A stretch of DNA of 64,000 bases from an uncultured Veillonellaceae bacterium (GCA_963805085.1 CAWDTA010000005.1:640001-704000), one strand, 5' to 3'; shown: positions 32,348-44,437, counted from the stretch's first letter. Numbers and translations are program-made. Notes: generated by a model not told the origin, from the sequence alone.

Positions 32348-32729
32348 AGCAGCTGAGTTATATGGTTTAGACACAGCGGAAGTAAGTGTGACCTTAACAA
32401 ATAATGATCATATCCGAGAGATTAACCGCAATTATCGTAATAAAGATGCCGCTACAGATGTTATTTCCTTCGCCTTAAATGAAGGTGAAGAACCAGAAAT
32501 TATTGATGGTCCAGAAATTAATATGCTGGGTGATATTATTATTTCGATTGAACGGGCCATGGATCAAGCCGAAGAATACGGTCATAGTTTGGAACGGGAA
32601 CTTGCTTTCTTGACAGTTCATGGTATGATGCACTTGTTGGGATATGATCATATAGAAGAAGAAGATCGCCTTGAAATGCGTAAAGAGGAAGAATATGTAC
32701 TTGGTCATCTAGGAATTATTAGAGAGTAA
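32265..32729 (+). CDS. ybeY: rRNA maturation endoribonuclease YbeY
   Basis: TDVISF, LGDIIIS, HGMMHLLGYDH. Confidence 0.97.
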   Translation: MEIVLSNFPTELTVAPNLEETVRKVINKAAELYGLDTAEVSVTLTNNDHIREINRNYRNKDAATDVISFALNEGEEPEIIDGPEINMLGDIIISIERAMDQAEEYGHSLERELAFLTVHGMMHLLGYDHIEEEDRLEMRKEEEYVLGHLGIIRE

Positions 32730-32733
32730 TCAA

Positions 32734-33075
32734 ATGAAAAGTACGAATTTATTAAAATCTTTTGGTTATGCTTTTGCTGGTATATGGTATTGCTTACGAA
32801 AAGAACGCAATTATAAAGTTCATATGATTGTAGCGGTATGTGTTTGCGCTCTTGCGTGGTATTATCAACTAAATCGTTATCAATGGAGTATTTTAGTGAT
32901 TATGGTGATGAGTGTACTCATGGTAGAAATGATCAATACTGCATTTGAATTGGTGGTAGATATGCTATCACCGGAGTTTCATCCAACAGCAAAAATTATT
33001 AAGGATGTTGCGGCTGGCGCAGTTCTTGTCGCCAGTATCTCGGCATTTGTGGTAGGAATTTTATTGTTTTTTTAA
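32734..33075 (+). CDS. dgkA: Diacylglycerol/undecaprenol kinase
   Basis: SFGYAFAG, EMINTAFE, KDVAAGAV. Confidence 0.93.
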   Translation: MKSTNLLKSFGYAFAGIWYCLRKERNYKVHMIVAVCVCALAWYYQLNRYQWSILVIMVMSVLMVEMINTAFELVVDMLSPEFHPTAKIIKDVAAGAVLVASISAFVVGILLFF

Positions 33076-33103
33076 AAACAAGAGTTGATGAAGGAGAATT
33101 AAT

Positions 33104-33994
33104 ATGGAAAATAATTACAAATCTGGTTTTGTTACCGTAATTGGTAGACCAAATGTAGGTAAATCAACGTTGGTCAATAGTTTGATTGGTCAAAAAATTG
33201 TTATCATGTCTGACAAGCCACAAACAACAAGAAATAAAATCTTGTGTGTCTTGACGCAAGATGATGCACAAATTGTATTTATTGATACACCGGGGATTCA
33301 CAAGCCAAAACATAAACTTGGTGAGTATATGGTAAAGGCAGCAGAAAATACGCTAAAAGAAGTGGACGTTATTTTATTTGTTGTCGATGCAAGTGAAGAA
33401 CTTGGTGCAGGTGAGTTGTATATTTTAGAGCGCTTACAATCAACGAATAAGCCAGTTATTCTAGTGATAAATAAAATTGATAAAATCGACAAGCAACAAG
33501 TGTTGCCAACTATCTCTCGTTACTCCGAACGCTATAATTTTATTGGCGTCGTGCCAATTTCAGCAAAAGAAGAGACCAACTTGGATGGGCTTATAACAGA
33601 AGTGAAGAAACACTTAGAAGAAGGCCCGCAATATTATCCAAGTGATATGGTAACGGACCAACCAGAACGTTTGGTTACAGCTGAACTGATTCGTGAAAAG
33701 GTCCTTCATTTGACACGCGAAGAAATTCCTCATGCGATAGCGGTAGATATAGAGGAAATGGCAACGCGTAAAAATGATGATGTCTATATAAGGGCGACGA
33801 TTTATGTAGAACGTGATTCACAAAAAGGTATCGTGATCGGGGCAAAAGGTGCCTTGCTGAAAGAAATTGGCGCAATGGCGCGCGTCGATATTGAGAATCT
33901 ATTGGGCTCGAAAGTATATCTTGATTTATGGGTAAAAGTAAAAAAAGATTGGCGTAATCGAGATGGGATTTTACGTGGTTTAGGCTACGAATAA
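33104..33994 (+). CDS. era: GTPase Era
   Basis: [25 protein letters not shown] domain. Confidence 0.98.
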   Translation: MENNYKSGFVTVIGRPNVGKSTLVNSLIGQKIVIMSDKPQTTRNKILCVLTQDDAQIVFIDTPGIHKPKHKLGEYMVKAAENTLKEVDVILFVVDASEELGAGELYILERLQSTNKPVILVINKIDKIDKQQVLPTISRYSERYNFIGVVPISAKEETNLDGLITEVKKHLEEGPQYYPSDMVTDQPERLVTAELIREKVLHLTREEIPHAIAVDIEEMATRKNDDVYIRATIYVERDSQKGIVIGAKGALLKEIGAMARVDIENLLGSKVYLDLWVKVKKDWRNRDGILRGLGYE

Positions 33995-34079
33995 GCAACA
34001 TAATCGGGTGTATGCATAGTTGGCATACGCCCGATCATTTTTTTTATTTTTTTAAAGTCGAGCTAGTAGGGGTGTAGAA

Positions 34080-34700
34080 ATGAGATTTTTATCTAAATAT
34101 TTTTTTAATGGTCTTATTGTCATTGTTCCAATTGGAATTACAATTTTTGTTATTATGGAAATTTTTTCATTTACGGAAGTTTTACTTGGACGACATTTGC
34201 CAATTCATTTTCCTGGGATTGGCTTAATCACAGTCTTGGTTTTGATTTTATTAACAGGCTGGTTGTCTTCGTATTGGATTTTACAACGTTTTATTAGTTT
34301 TGGTGAAGGGCTTTTAAATAGAATACCATTTGTGAAATTTATCTATAATAGTGTTAAGCATTTATCGACTGCAGTTTTTGAATCAAATAATTTATTTAAG
34401 GAGGCTGTGCTAGTTCCATATCAACATGGCGAGGCAAAAGCAATTGGTTTCATTATGTCTGAGTTATCAGAGCCGTTAAAGGAGCATTTAACAGAAGAAC
34501 ATGTTTGTGTATTTGTGCCATGGAGCTTGAATATGACTTCAGGGACAAATTTAATCATACCGAAAAAAGATGTGATTTATCTCAATATCAGTAGTGAGTC
34601 TGCACTGCAATATATCCTTACTGCAGGTACAGTTATGCCAAAACGACAAGGTGAAGAAATAGATAGCGAAAAAATAGAAGGCAGCGAAATAGTAAAATGA
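34080..34700 (+). CDS. DUF502-family membrane protein
   Basis: FFNGLIVIVPIGIT, RIPFVKFIYNSVK, VFVPWS...SG. Confidence 0.85.
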   Translation: MRFLSKYFFNGLIVIVPIGITIFVIMEIFSFTEVLLGRHLPIHFPGIGLITVLVLILLTGWLSSYWILQRFISFGEGLLNRIPFVKFIYNSVKHLSTAVFESNNLFKEAVLVPYQHGEAKAIGFIMSELSEPLKEHLTEEHVCVFVPWSLNMTSGTNLIIPKKDVIYLNISSESALQYILTAGTVMPKRQGEEIDSEKIEGSEIVK

Positions 34701-34894
34701 AAAATTTCCTGAAAATAGTATTGTAAAATTTGCTTTTACTCTTTATATTTTTCGTTAAATCGGCTATCCTATTAGTAGAGTTCAATTTTCAACACGTAAT
34801 TGTATAGGTAGAATTTTATTAAAAATCTTTTTTGTTTAAGCATTATTATAAGTAAGTGTTCATTGAGATAGCATTTGCGAAGGGATGATGTACT

Positions 34895-35047
34895 ATGTTT
34901 TTGAAAAATGTGATGTGGGATATGTTCAAAGATACAGGACGAATTGAGGCGTATTTGTTTTATCGTAATTGCGAGGATGAACGGGAAACTCAGGAATTTC
35001 ATAATCAAATAAAAGTGGAAGATGTTTCAAAAGAGTATGAACATTAA
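34895..35047 (+). CDS. yqzL: YqzL-family small protein (50 aa, absent from the ORF track)
   Basis: Translated by hand: MFLKNVMWDMFKDTGRIEAYLFYRNCEDERETQEFHNQIKVEDVSKEYEH. W..F..TG.IE.YL motif, immediately before recO. Confidence 0.8.
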   Translation: MFLKNVMWDMFKDTGRIEAYLFYRNCEDERETQEFHNQIKVEDVSKEYEH

Positions 35048-35068
35048 TTTCATGAGTTAGGTGTTTAA

Positions 35069-35818
35069 ATGGCACAATATTCAACAGAGGCCATTTTGTT
35101 AGCCGTGCGCAACTGGGGCGAAGCTGATAAAATGGTTACTTTTTTTTCAAGAGAACTGGGTAAAGTTACTGCCGTTGCGTATGGGTGTCGAAGACCGAAA
35201 TCGCCACTTGCTGGCGGTATGCAGGCGTTCAGTCATTTAGAACTTGGCGTTATGGCAGGAACGCATTTAGACACAATTAGACAGTGTGAGACGATTACCT
35301 CATTTAAAAAATTACGCGAGAATTTAGATGCTATGGCGTATGCAACTTTTTTAACGGAGCTTGTTGTCGAGGTTTGCCCAGAAAGGCATCCAGAACCGCA
35401 CATTTACGATTTAGTGGTTTGTGCACTGGGAATGTTATCTAAACGTAATCCGCGGCTTGTGGCGTTAGCGGCGGCCTATCAGCTAGTAGAGTATACTGGC
35501 TATCAGCCTGTCTATACAGAATGCGTCGTTTGTGGACACTCAATTGAAACTGATGCATTTTTTTCATTCGAAAAAGGTGGTGCTATTTGCAAAAATTGTA
35601 AGTTGCCAGATTCAGAGTTGATTGATATGCCAGCTAAGATGCAGGGCTTTATTCAAAGTTTATTAGAGTTGGATTGGCAAGACCCAGCTGCGTTTAGTAT
35701 TAATGGTGCAGTTTTATTGCAAACAGAAAAATTGTTGCTTGACTATTTGGTTTTTCTTATTGAGAAACCATTAAAGTCCTTAGAATTTATTAAACAGTTA
35801 GCAATGCTTAAAAATTAA
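35069..35818 (+). CDS. recO: DNA repair protein RecO
   Basis: GEADKMVTFFS..GKV.AVAYG.RRPKS; CVVCG..CKNC zinc finger. Confidence 0.95.
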   Translation: MAQYSTEAILLAVRNWGEADKMVTFFSRELGKVTAVAYGCRRPKSPLAGGMQAFSHLELGVMAGTHLDTIRQCETITSFKKLRENLDAMAYATFLTELVVEVCPERHPEPHIYDLVVCALGMLSKRNPRLVALAAAYQLVEYTGYQPVYTECVVCGHSIETDAFFSFEKGGAICKNCKLPDSELIDMPAKMQGFIQSLLELDWQDPAAFSINGAVLLQTEKLLLDYLVFLIEKPLKSLEFIKQLAMLKN

Positions 35819-35890
35819 ATCCTAGATTGACATTACTTAGGCAATTTGTTAAACTAAAATGGTATTTGGTAGTTTAATTAGCAATTTAAA

Positions 35891-36118
35891 TAAAGCGATG
35901 CAGGAAAAAGTAACTTATTGCAAATAGCGATTCGAGGATGGTGTAAGCTCGGTAAGAAATAAGTGAAAGGCGTTCCGAAGCTGTGAGAGGAAAACCTAGA
36001 AGGGCCAGTAAACCTCACAATAGATGAAGGTGGGCGAAATGCCAATCAGGGTGGAACCGCGGGTAATATACATCTCGTCCCTGTAACAATTTTATTGTTA
36101 CAGGGACGAGATGTTTTT
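35891..36118 (+). promoter_or_regulatory. Glycine T-box riboswitch
   Basis: Stem I with GAAA-GGC specifier, T-box AGGGTGGAACCGCG, terminator CATCTCGTCCCTGTAAC..GTTACAGGGACGAGATGTTTTT. Confidence 0.93.
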
Positions 36119-36172
36119 GTTTATTTCTGTTGTTTATATTGCTAATTTTAAATTTAAGGAGGAATATTTGTT

Positions 36173-37057
36173 ATGACATTTCAGGATATTATCCTGACCT
36201 TACAAAAATTTTGGGCTGGTCAAAATTGTATTTTATTGCAGCCTTATGATGTTGAAAAAGGCGCAGGGACTATGAACCCATCGACTTTCTTACGAGCTTT
36301 AGGCCCAGAACCTTGGCACGTAGCATATGTTGAACCATCCCGTAGACCGGCAGATGGACGTTATGGGGAAAACCCTAATCGTTTATTCCAACATCATCAA
36401 TTTCAGGTCATTATGAAACCATCACCAGATAACATTCAAGAGTTATATTTAGAAAGTTTGGGGAAACTAGGAATTAACCCAGAAGAGCATGATATTCGTT
36501 TTGTTGAAGATAACTGGGAATCACCAACACTCGGTGCATGGGGTCTTGGTTGGGAAGTCTGGCTTGATGGCATGGAAATTACGCAGTTTACTTACTTCCA
36601 ACAAGTAGGTAGCGTCGATGTAAATCCTGTATCCGTAGAAATCACATATGGTTTAGAACGTTTGGCTATGTATATTCAAGGGGTAGAAAATGTTTACGAT
36701 TTAGAATGGGTAAATGGCATTACGTATGGTGATGTATTCCAACGTAATGAGGTAGAGCAATCTACCTATAACTTTGAACTTGCTGATGTTGATCTTCTAT
36801 TTGAATTATTTGATAAATATGAAAAAGAAGCAATCCGTGTTATTGAAAAAGGCTTTGTACTTCCAGCCTATGATTACGTGTTAAAATGTTCGCATAGTTT
36901 TAACTTATTAGATGCGCGTGGGGCAATTAGTGTAAGTGAACGTACAGGTTTTATTGCTAGAGTACGTAATATGGCTAGACTTTGTGCACAAGGTTATTTG
37001 AAACAACGTGAAGAGCTTGGGTATCCGTTGTTAAAAGGAGGTAACGTAAATGAGTAA
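36173..37057 (+). CDS. glyQ: Glycine-tRNA ligase alpha subunit
   Basis: [31 protein letters not shown]. Confidence 0.99.
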   Translation: MTFQDIILTLQKFWAGQNCILLQPYDVEKGAGTMNPSTFLRALGPEPWHVAYVEPSRRPADGRYGENPNRLFQHHQFQVIMKPSPDNIQELYLESLGKLGINPEEHDIRFVEDNWESPTLGAWGLGWEVWLDGMEITQFTYFQQVGSVDVNPVSVEITYGLERLAMYIQGVENVYDLEWVNGITYGDVFQRNEVEQSTYNFELADVDLLFELFDKYEKEAIRVIEKGFVLPAYDYVLKCSHSFNLLDARGAISVSERTGFIARVRNMARLCAQGYLKQREELGYPLLKGGNVNE

Positions 37058-39110
37058 GGATGTATTATTAGAAATTGGAACAGAAGAAATCCCAGCAAGG
37101 TTTATGCCAGGTATTCTTGCTCAGATCGAAACTTCTGCTAAAGCAAAATTCGCTGAATTGCGCATTGGCTACGAATCGGTTCGTGCTGTTGGTACACCAC
37201 GCCGTATGACTTTGATTATGCAGGGGGTTAACGAGAAACAAGCGGATATATCCAGTGAAAATAAAGGACCTTCAGTAAAAGTTGCTTTTGATTCTGATGG
37301 TAATCTTACCAAAGCTGGAGCAGGTTTTGCGAGAGGACAAAAAGTAGATGGCAAAGACCTTGTGATCAAAGATGGTTACGTTTATGCTATGGTGCATGAA
37401 AGTGGCCAAGAAGTGGCAAGTTTGCTTTCTAGTATATTGCCAGAATTGATCCATGGTTTAAATTTCCCCAAAAATATGCGTTGGGCTAATTTGGATATGA
37501 AATTCGTTCGTCCAATTAAATGGCTGGTTGCTTTATTCGGTACGGAAGTGATCGACTTTACCGTTGCTGAAGTCAAAACTGGCAATATTACGCGCGGACA
37601 TCGTTTCTTAAGCAAAGGAAATATTGTCATCCATAATGCTGACGAATATATTACCATATTAGAAAGACAGTTTGTTATCGTAGATCAAGATGTACGGCGG
37701 AGTATCATCCGCAAACAAATTGAAGAATTAGCTAATTCAAAAGGTGGCTATGCTGATATTACTGAGGATTTGCTAGAAGAAGTTGTTTTTCTAGTCGAAT
37801 TTCCAACTGCTTTATGCGGTACCTTTGAGGAGAAATACTTAAAATTACCAGCGGAGACTGTAATTACACCAATGCGCGAACATCAACGTTATTTCCCGGT
37901 AATGTCAAAAAATGGTTCATTAATGCCGATGTTTATTACGGTAAGAAACGGTGGTGCAGAGCATCTTGAGATTGTGCAACATGGTAATGAGAGAGTTCTT
38001 AGAGCTCGTCTTGCTGATGCACAATTCTTCTTTGAAGAAGATTGTAAAGTGAAATTAATTGATCGTTTAGAAAAATTAAAGACAGTTGTATTTCAAGAAG
38101 GTCTCGGTAGCATTTTTGATAAAACAGGTCGTTTGGTAAAAATAGCAGGATTTTTGGTTGCCCATACCAGCGTAGAAAACTCAGTATTACCAACGATAGA
38201 GCGTGGGGCAACTTTGGCAAAAACAGATCTTGTTACTGGCATGGTTTGTGAATTTACTGAACTTCAAGGAATCATGGGGCGTGAATATGCACTCTTAAAT
38301 GGTGAAAGTTCAGACGTTGCTGAAGCGATTTATGAACACTATTTACCACGTTTTGCTGGTGATGAATTGCCAAAAAACATTGCTGGGCAATTCATTAGCA
38401 TTGCTGATAAAATAGATAATATCGTTGCAACGTTCAGTCGTGGTCTCGTACCAACTGGTTCACAAGATCCATATGCGCTTCGTCGTCAAGCGCTTGGAAT
38501 TGTCAATATTTTGATTGATGCAAAATATAGCATTTCTTTGGAAGCTCTAGTCAAAGAAGTTCTGCGCTTACTTTCGATTAATGACGAAGAAAAAATTGCA
38601 AAAATACTTAATGATGTCCAAGATTTCTTCCGGCTGCGTTTGAAAAATGTATTAACTGACGAAGAAGTTCGTTATGACATTGTAGATGCATCGCTTAGCA
38701 TTGGTATGGACGATGTTTATGTAACCTATTTAAAAATAAAGGCTGTTTCGAAGCAAATGGCAAGTAAAGATATGACAAAAGCGATTCAAGCTTTTGTTCG
38801 TGTTGGTAACCTAGCGAAAAAAGCAGAGACAATTGAAGTTAAAGAAACTTTATTCAATACTGCTGAGGAAATTAACTTATACAAAGCCTATGTGTCTGCT
38901 GCAAGTGCAGTAGACAGTCTAATTGAAGGGCAAGACTATCATGGTGCGATTGATGCAATGATGGATTTAACAGCACCAATTGATACGTTCTTTGATAAAG
39001 TAATGGTTATGGATAAAGACGAAGCTGTAAAAAATAATCGTCTAGCGTTATTAAAGAGTATCGCTGTTATGGTGAATAAAGTTGCTGATTTTAGTAAAGT
39101 GGTTATCTAA
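37050..39110 (+). CDS. glyS: Glycine-tRNA ligase beta subunit
   Basis: [33 protein letters not shown]. Confidence 0.98.
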   Translation: MSKDVLLEIGTEEIPARFMPGILAQIETSAKAKFAELRIGYESVRAVGTPRRMTLIMQGVNEKQADISSENKGPSVKVAFDSDGNLTKAGAGFARGQKVDGKDLVIKDGYVYAMVHESGQEVASLLSSILPELIHGLNFPKNMRWANLDMKFVRPIKWLVALFGTEVIDFTVAEVKTGNITRGHRFLSKGNIVIHNADEYITILERQFVIVDQDVRRSIIRKQIEELANSKGGYADITEDLLEEVVFLVEFPTALCGTFEEKYLKLPAETVITPMREHQRYFPVMSKNGSLMPMFITVRNGGAEHLEIVQHGNERVLRARLADAQFFFEEDCKVKLIDRLEKLKTVVFQEGLGSIFDKTGRLVKIAGFLVAHTSVENSVLPTIERGATLAKTDLVTGMVCEFTELQGIMGREYALLNGESSDVAEAIYEHYLPRFAGDELPKNIAGQFISIADKIDNIVATFSRGLVPTGSQDPYALRRQALGIVNILIDAKYSISLEALVKEVLRLLSINDEEKIAKILNDVQDFFRLRLKNVLTDEEVRYDIVDASLSIGMDDVYVTYLKIKAVSKQMASKDMTKAIQAFVRVGNLAKKAETIEVKETLFNTAEEINLYKAYVSAASAVDSLIEGQDYHGAIDAMMDLTAPIDTFFDKVMVMDKDEAVKNNRLALLKSIAVMVNKVADFSKVVI

Positions 39111-39147
39111 AAAGTATTAGAAAATTAGTAAATTCATATATTTTCGG

Positions 39148-39205
39148 CGTGCTATTAAAAATGGGCTATTGCATTGAATTGCAATAGCCCATTTTTCAAT
39201 AGCAC
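39148..39205. terminator. Bidirectional terminator
   Basis: AAAAATGGGCTATTGCA..TGCAATAGCCCATTTTT between convergent genes. Confidence 0.8.
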
Positions 39206-39208
39206 TGT

Positions 39209-39685
39209 TTATAAAATTTTGTTATTTGCCATATCATAACTTACAGAATCAGCGGTATAAGAATTACCATTATTATTCACATTGACATTTCCACTGAATG
39301 CAGCGATTTTAGTATCCCAGTTATATTTCACAGAATTAGCTGTAATCGCTAAGCCATCACGCGATAAATCAACACCACCAGTAATATTGGCAGTTTTATC
39401 TGCACCAGCAACATAGACACTTTGACCGTGGAAGGTTAAATTATCTTGACGAACGGTAACACCATCTTGAGCCCAAACTTCTAACGATGTCATATCTACT
39501 TTGGCTTGACCGGCAGTGATAATACGGCTACCGGTTTCGATATAAACATTGCCTTTTAAAACGTATTGTCCAGTATTAAAATCAAAGTAGTTTGTATCAG
39601 ACGTAATAATTGGTTTTGCAAGTACCGGAGCTGTCATAAGTAGTAGTAGTGCCAACAAAAACAATAAGGTTTTAAATTTTTTCAC
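39209..39685 (-). CDS. Exported LptA/OstA-like beta-jellyroll protein
   Basis: Signal peptide and repeated beta-strand units (LKGNV, ITGGV, FSGNV, ADSVSY). Confidence 0.75.
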   Translation of the reverse strand: MKKFKTLLFLLALLLLMTAPVLAKPIITSDTNYFDFNTGQYVLKGNVYIETGSRIITAGQAKVDMTSLEVWAQDGVTVRQDNLTFHGQSVYVAGADKTANITGGVDLSRDGLAITANSVKYNWDTKIAAFSGNVNVNNNGNSYTADSVSYDMANNKIL

Positions 39686-39809
39686 AGTTTACACCATCCT
39701 TCTAAAAGTATTATAACAAAAGTAACTGTAAAATGCATTGGAAAAAATTAAATGAGATTGCATTGATTTTGGATAAGTATATAATGAAGATAGATGGGAG
39801 CTGATAAAA

Positions 39810-40805
39810 ATGAATGTACGTGAAAGAAGTGAAGAATTAGAATATAAAATTCTATCGCCATTTGCTAGTAAAAGTGACGCAAGCGTTCGTGATCTAGAGG
39901 AGGATGCCTGTGATTTTAGAACGGCATTCCAGCGAGACCGTGATCGAATCATTCATAGTAAATCTTTTCGTCGCTTAAAGCATAAAACACAGGTGTATAC
40001 CGCACCTGGTGATCATTATAGAATGCGTATGACGCATAGCTTAGAAGTTGCCCAAATTGCCAGAACCATCGCCAGAGGCTTGCGTTTGAATGAGGACTTA
40101 ACGGAAGCCATTGCACTTGGACATGACGTCGGGCATACACCGTTTGGACATGCTGGTGAAGAAGCAATGCAAAAGCTTTTGGGCCATTTTTGTCATAATG
40201 AACAGAGTTTGCGTGTGGTTGAATACTTAGAACGAAATGGTGAGGGGCTTAATCTAACAAGGGAAGTAAAAGATGGAATTGTCAACCATACAGGTCCTAA
40301 TTTACCGATGACTTTAGAGGGAAAAATCGTGCGTACCGCTGATAGAATTGCTTATCTGTGTCATGATTATGATGATAGTATTCGATCGGGCATGCTAGAA
40401 CCTAATATGTTGCCACCAAATGTATCGGCAACTTTGGGCAATAAGCCGTCAGCGATGATTACCGTTATGGTGTCTGATATGATTGTATCCTCCATGGATA
40501 AAAATAATATTATTTTGTCAGAAGCGATTCAATCAGCGATGAATGAATTTAGGCAATTTATGTTCAAAACTATTTATTATTCTAAGGAGCTTGCTGTAGA
40601 ACGCAAAAAAGCAACGTATGTCATTGAGCAGCTTTACAATTATTTTTTTGTAAATCCAGAAGAATTACCACCAGAATTTTTCGCTCGTAGAGAAAAGTGG
40701 GGCTTAGAAACGACAACTGTAGATTATATTGCTGGACTTACTGATTTATATGCTATTCAATTATTTGAAAAAATATTTGTTCCCTCAACAAAGGTTCAAA
40801 TATAG
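39810..40805 (+). CDS. dGTP triphosphohydrolase-like HD protein
   Basis: RTAFQRDRDRIIHS..FRRLKHKTQV, HDVGHTPFGHAGE. Confidence 0.95.
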   Translation: MNVRERSEELEYKILSPFASKSDASVRDLEEDACDFRTAFQRDRDRIIHSKSFRRLKHKTQVYTAPGDHYRMRMTHSLEVAQIARTIARGLRLNEDLTEAIALGHDVGHTPFGHAGEEAMQKLLGHFCHNEQSLRVVEYLERNGEGLNLTREVKDGIVNHTGPNLPMTLEGKIVRTADRIAYLCHDYDDSIRSGMLEPNMLPPNVSATLGNKPSAMITVMVSDMIVSSMDKNNIILSEAIQSAMNEFRQFMFKTIYYSKELAVERKKATYVIEQLYNYFFVNPEELPPEFFARREKWGLETTTVDYIAGLTDLYAIQLFEKIFVPSTKVQI

Positions 40806-41065
40806 ACGCAAAAAAGAACAATCTTTTGCAGATTGTTCTTTTTTTATTGCATATCTATCAAATTAATTCAATATTGTCAATAGGAAAAAAGGATATTTGC
40901 GATTTGTATTGAATATATTTAACTATAAGATAAAAAGTTGCTATTTAAGAAAGCAGGAAAAAGTAAAATCTTATCGAATTTAGGTAAACGTTATATTTTA
41001 AGTTTAAAATATAATTAGTTAACAAGTCCTATCAATTGTATAAGGGCGCGATGAAGGGTGAACTT

Positions 41066-42868
41066 ATGAAAGATGCAATGTATGATGAGTTTATTGAACG
41101 TGTGCGCTCAGAAAGTGATATAGTAACAACCATATCAGAATATATATCATTAAAGAAAAATGGGAAGAATTATTGGGGTTGTTGTCCATTTCACAATGAA
41201 AAAACACCATCTTTTTCTGTTACGCCAGATAAAGGTTTTTTTTATTGCTTTGGTTGCCATACGGGCGGAAATGTTTTTAATTTTATTATGAAAGTTGAAA
41301 ATGTTAGCTTTTTTGAAGCCGCAAAAATCTTAGCGAATAAGCTAAATATATCTTTGCCGCAAAAAGAAAAAACACCACAAGAAATTGCTAGAGAACGAGA
41401 AATGGCGAGGTTGTGGCGAGTTCAAGAATTGGCAAAGGATTTTTTTTATGCGTGTCTTACAAAAACAAATTATGGCAAACATGCAAAAGAATATTTTTTG
41501 CAGCGTGGAGTCAATGATGATGTAATAAATAATTTTAAGTTAGGTTTTGCGCCAGAAGCATGGGATAAGCTATCCATGGCATTTGCGAAACGAGGCTTTA
41601 GTGAAGAAATTTTGATCAAATCGGGCCTCGCGGTAGAGAGAAAATCTGAGGGAATTTATGATCGCTTTCGAAATCGTGTGATGTTTCCCATTTCAAATGA
41701 GCGTGGCCAAGTGATAGGTTTTGGTGGTAGAGTTCTAGATGATAGCCAGCCTAAATATTTAAATTCACCGGAAACAGCGATTTTTAATAAGCGTAATATT
41801 CTATTTGGTTTGGATATTGCATACAGTCATATAAAATCGGCTGGTTATGCGATTGTCGTCGAAGGCTATATGGACGTAATTACGGCACATAGTTATGGAG
41901 TACAAAATGTAGTTGCTTCTTTAGGAACTTCTTTTACTATCGAACAATGCAAAAAACTTTTAAAATATGCTCCAGAAATTATCTTTGCCTATGATAGCGA
42001 TTCGGCAGGGCAAAATGCAACGATGCGTGCACTTTCTATCGTTCGGAAAAGTGGAGCACAAGTGAGAGTCATCTCTATTCCCGATGGCAAAGACCCCGAT
42101 GAATTTATTCGTAAACATGGGCAGGATGCGTTCTTAGACTTGGTAAAGGTTTCTTTACCACTGATTGATTATCAAGTGGAAAGAGCATTTAGTGAAAACG
42201 ATTATTCTACGTTAGAAGGCAAAGTAGCTGTTGTAGCGAAAATAGTACCTGTCTTGGCGGTTACCGATAATGCTGTTGAAGTAAATGCATATATCGCCCG
42301 CATTTCTCAGAAATTAGGTATTGATGAAAGCGCAATCCGCAGCGAAGTTCGTAAAATAATTCCACAAAACCAAAAGGATAAATATGTAAAAACAGGGCAG
42401 AATATAAGAATGAATACGCTTGTTCAACAAGTTGATAGTGCTGCCATCGGTGCAGGTCGTCATATTATTCGATTGGTATGGAATGATAATGCTATTATAC
42501 CATATTTGGAAGCTCAATTGACATTAGATGAATTCCAAAATAAGGAACACCATGAAATCATTAAATTTTTATTAGAAAGTTATCATGCGGGAGAAGATAT
42601 CAATGAAGTAACTGCTTCATTGATATTAGATGAAGCAATTAATACCGAACTATCACATTGTTTGTTAATTGAATTGGAAGAGGAAGATAGCCTACGTCTA
42701 GTTGATGATTGTATCAAGACGATTCATTTAGCATATTTAAAAAGATTATATGAACAACATCGCCTTAAGGCTGATGAATTAGAACGTATGGGGGATGAAG
42801 GCTTTTTGCAGGAATTAGCGGAAAGTCAACGAATAAAGTATGAAATTAACAAGATGCATTATGAATAA
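41066..42868 (+). CDS. dnaG: DNA primase
   Basis: CPFHNEKTPSF, CFGC, KYLNSPET, EGYMDV, DPD. Confidence 0.98.
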   Translation: MKDAMYDEFIERVRSESDIVTTISEYISLKKNGKNYWGCCPFHNEKTPSFSVTPDKGFFYCFGCHTGGNVFNFIMKVENVSFFEAAKILANKLNISLPQKEKTPQEIAREREMARLWRVQELAKDFFYACLTKTNYGKHAKEYFLQRGVNDDVINNFKLGFAPEAWDKLSMAFAKRGFSEEILIKSGLAVERKSEGIYDRFRNRVMFPISNERGQVIGFGGRVLDDSQPKYLNSPETAIFNKRNILFGLDIAYSHIKSAGYAIVVEGYMDVITAHSYGVQNVVASLGTSFTIEQCKKLLKYAPEIIFAYDSDSAGQNATMRALSIVRKSGAQVRVISIPDGKDPDEFIRKHGQDAFLDLVKVSLPLIDYQVERAFSENDYSTLEGKVAVVAKIVPVLAVTDNAVEVNAYIARISQKLGIDESAIRSEVRKIIPQNQKDKYVKTGQNIRMNTLVQQVDSAAIGAGRHIIRLVWNDNAIIPYLEAQLTLDEFQNKEHHEIIKFLLESYHAGEDINEVTASLILDEAINTELSHCLLIELEEEDSLRLVDDCIKTIHLAYLKRLYEQHRLKADELERMGDEGFLQELAESQRIKYEINKMHYE

Positions 42869-42929
42869 ATTAGAGGTTGTGAAGACGATGTCTTGTCAAA
42901 GGACAGTTGTTGAGAGGGGAGGTAAGTAA

Positions 42930-44050
42930 ATGGCTGAGAAAAAAAGTCTATCAAGTCATGGCAATGAGATAGTTGAAAAGCTATTGAATAAAGGTAAGAA
43001 ACGCGGTGGCGTTCTTACGTATAGTGAGATTATGGATGCATTTCAAAGTGAGGATTTATCACCAGATGAAATCGATGATTTGTATGAAGTTTTTACAAGT
43101 AAAGGAATTGAAATCGTCGATGAAATAACTGAAAATGATAATTTGGATGATTCGGATATAAATGAACTTGATAGCAATTCTCAAGATGAAGTTGACATAG
43201 ATTTAAGTATTCCTGAAGGCATTAGCATTGATGATCCAGTTAGAATGTATTTAAAAGAAATAGGTCGTGTGCCTCTTTTGACTGGTGAGGAAGAAATATG
43301 TTTGGCAAAACGTATGGAAGAAGGCGATGAAGAAGCAAAGCGCGTTTAGCAGAAGCTAACTTACGACTTGTTGTTAGTATCGCGAAACGATATGTTGGAC
43401 GTGGTATGTTATTCTTGGATTTGATTCAAGAAGGAAATTTGGGCCTAATCAAAGCTGTAGAAAAATTTGATTATAATAAAGGATATAAATTTAGTACGTA
43501 TGCTACCTGGTGGATTCGTCAAGCGATTACGAGAGCAATTGCTGACCAAGCTAGAACCATTCGAATTCCTGTGCATATGGTAGAAACCATCAATAAACTG
43601 ATTCGTGTTTCACGTCAATTGTTGCAAGAATTGGGCAGAGAGCCAGCTCCAGAAGAAATTGCTAAAGAAATGGATATTAATGTAGAACGTGTTCGCGAGA
43701 TTATGAAAATTGCGCAAGAACCAGTATCCCTCGAAACTCCAATTGGTGAAGAAGAAGATTCACATTTGGGCGATTTTATTGAGGATCAGGATGCACCAGC
43801 GCCAGCGGAAGCAGCTTCTTTTATGCTTTTAAAAGAACAATTAGAAGAAGTACTCGATACACTAACTCCACGAGAAGAAAAGGTGCTTAGACTAAGGTTT
43901 GGTTTAGATGATGGACGGGCTAGAACATTAGAAGAAGTTGGTCAAAATTTTGGTGTTACCCGTGAACGTATTCGTCAAATTGAGGCAAAAGCACTTAGAA
44001 AATTACGTCATCCAAGTAGAAGTAAAAAATTAAAAGATTTCTTAGAATAG
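42930..44050 (+). CDS. rpoD: Primary sigma factor SigA/RpoD, split by a 1-nt frameshift near 43341-43345
   Basis: First ORF has region 1.1 and [31 protein letters not shown] resumes in another frame at 43346 and runs into regions 2-4. Confidence 0.95.
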
Positions 44051-44131
44051 TATTCTAAGAAATCTTTTAAAAAAATAAAATAGCTTGACGGATTATTATT
44101 AATCATATATAATAATTTTTGTTGATAACGT

Positions 44132-44207
44132 TCCTTGATAGCTCAGTTGGTAGAGCAATCGGCTGTTAACCGATCGGTCGTAGGTTCGAGTCCTACTCAA
44201 GGAGCCA
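44132..44207 (+). tRNA. tRNA-Asn(GTT)
   Basis: Cloverleaf, anticodon loop CTGTTAA, TTCGA T-loop, encoded CCA. Confidence 0.97.
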
Positions 44208-44221
44208 ATTTTAAAATTTAA

Positions 44222-44296
44222 GGGCCTATAGCTCAGCGGTAGAGCAACCGGCTCATAACCGGTCGGTCCCTGGTTCGATCCCAGGTGGGCCCACCA
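44222..44296 (+). tRNA. tRNA with CAT anticodon, most likely tRNA-Ile2 (lysidine type)
   Basis: Anticodon loop CTCATAA. GGGCCTA acceptor stem with A73; lacks initiator features. Confidence 0.9.
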
Positions 44297-44309
44297 TTTA
44301 TATAACACT

Positions 44310-44384
44310 GGCCCGTTGGTCAAGCGGTTAAGACACCGCCCTTTCACGGCGGCTTCACGAGTTCGAATCTCGTACGGGTCACCA
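44310..44384 (+). tRNA. tRNA-Glu(TTC)
   Basis: Anticodon loop CTTTCAC, encoded CCA. Confidence 0.97.
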
Positions 44385-44437
44385 AAATTAGCTAATAGAG
44401 CGATTGAATCTTAATTAGTAAGTTAATTAAGAATAAT

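Noticed and set aside
44099-44347. 82-aa minus-strand ORF (and likewise 49678-49860)
   Set aside because: Shadow ORFs over tRNA genes.
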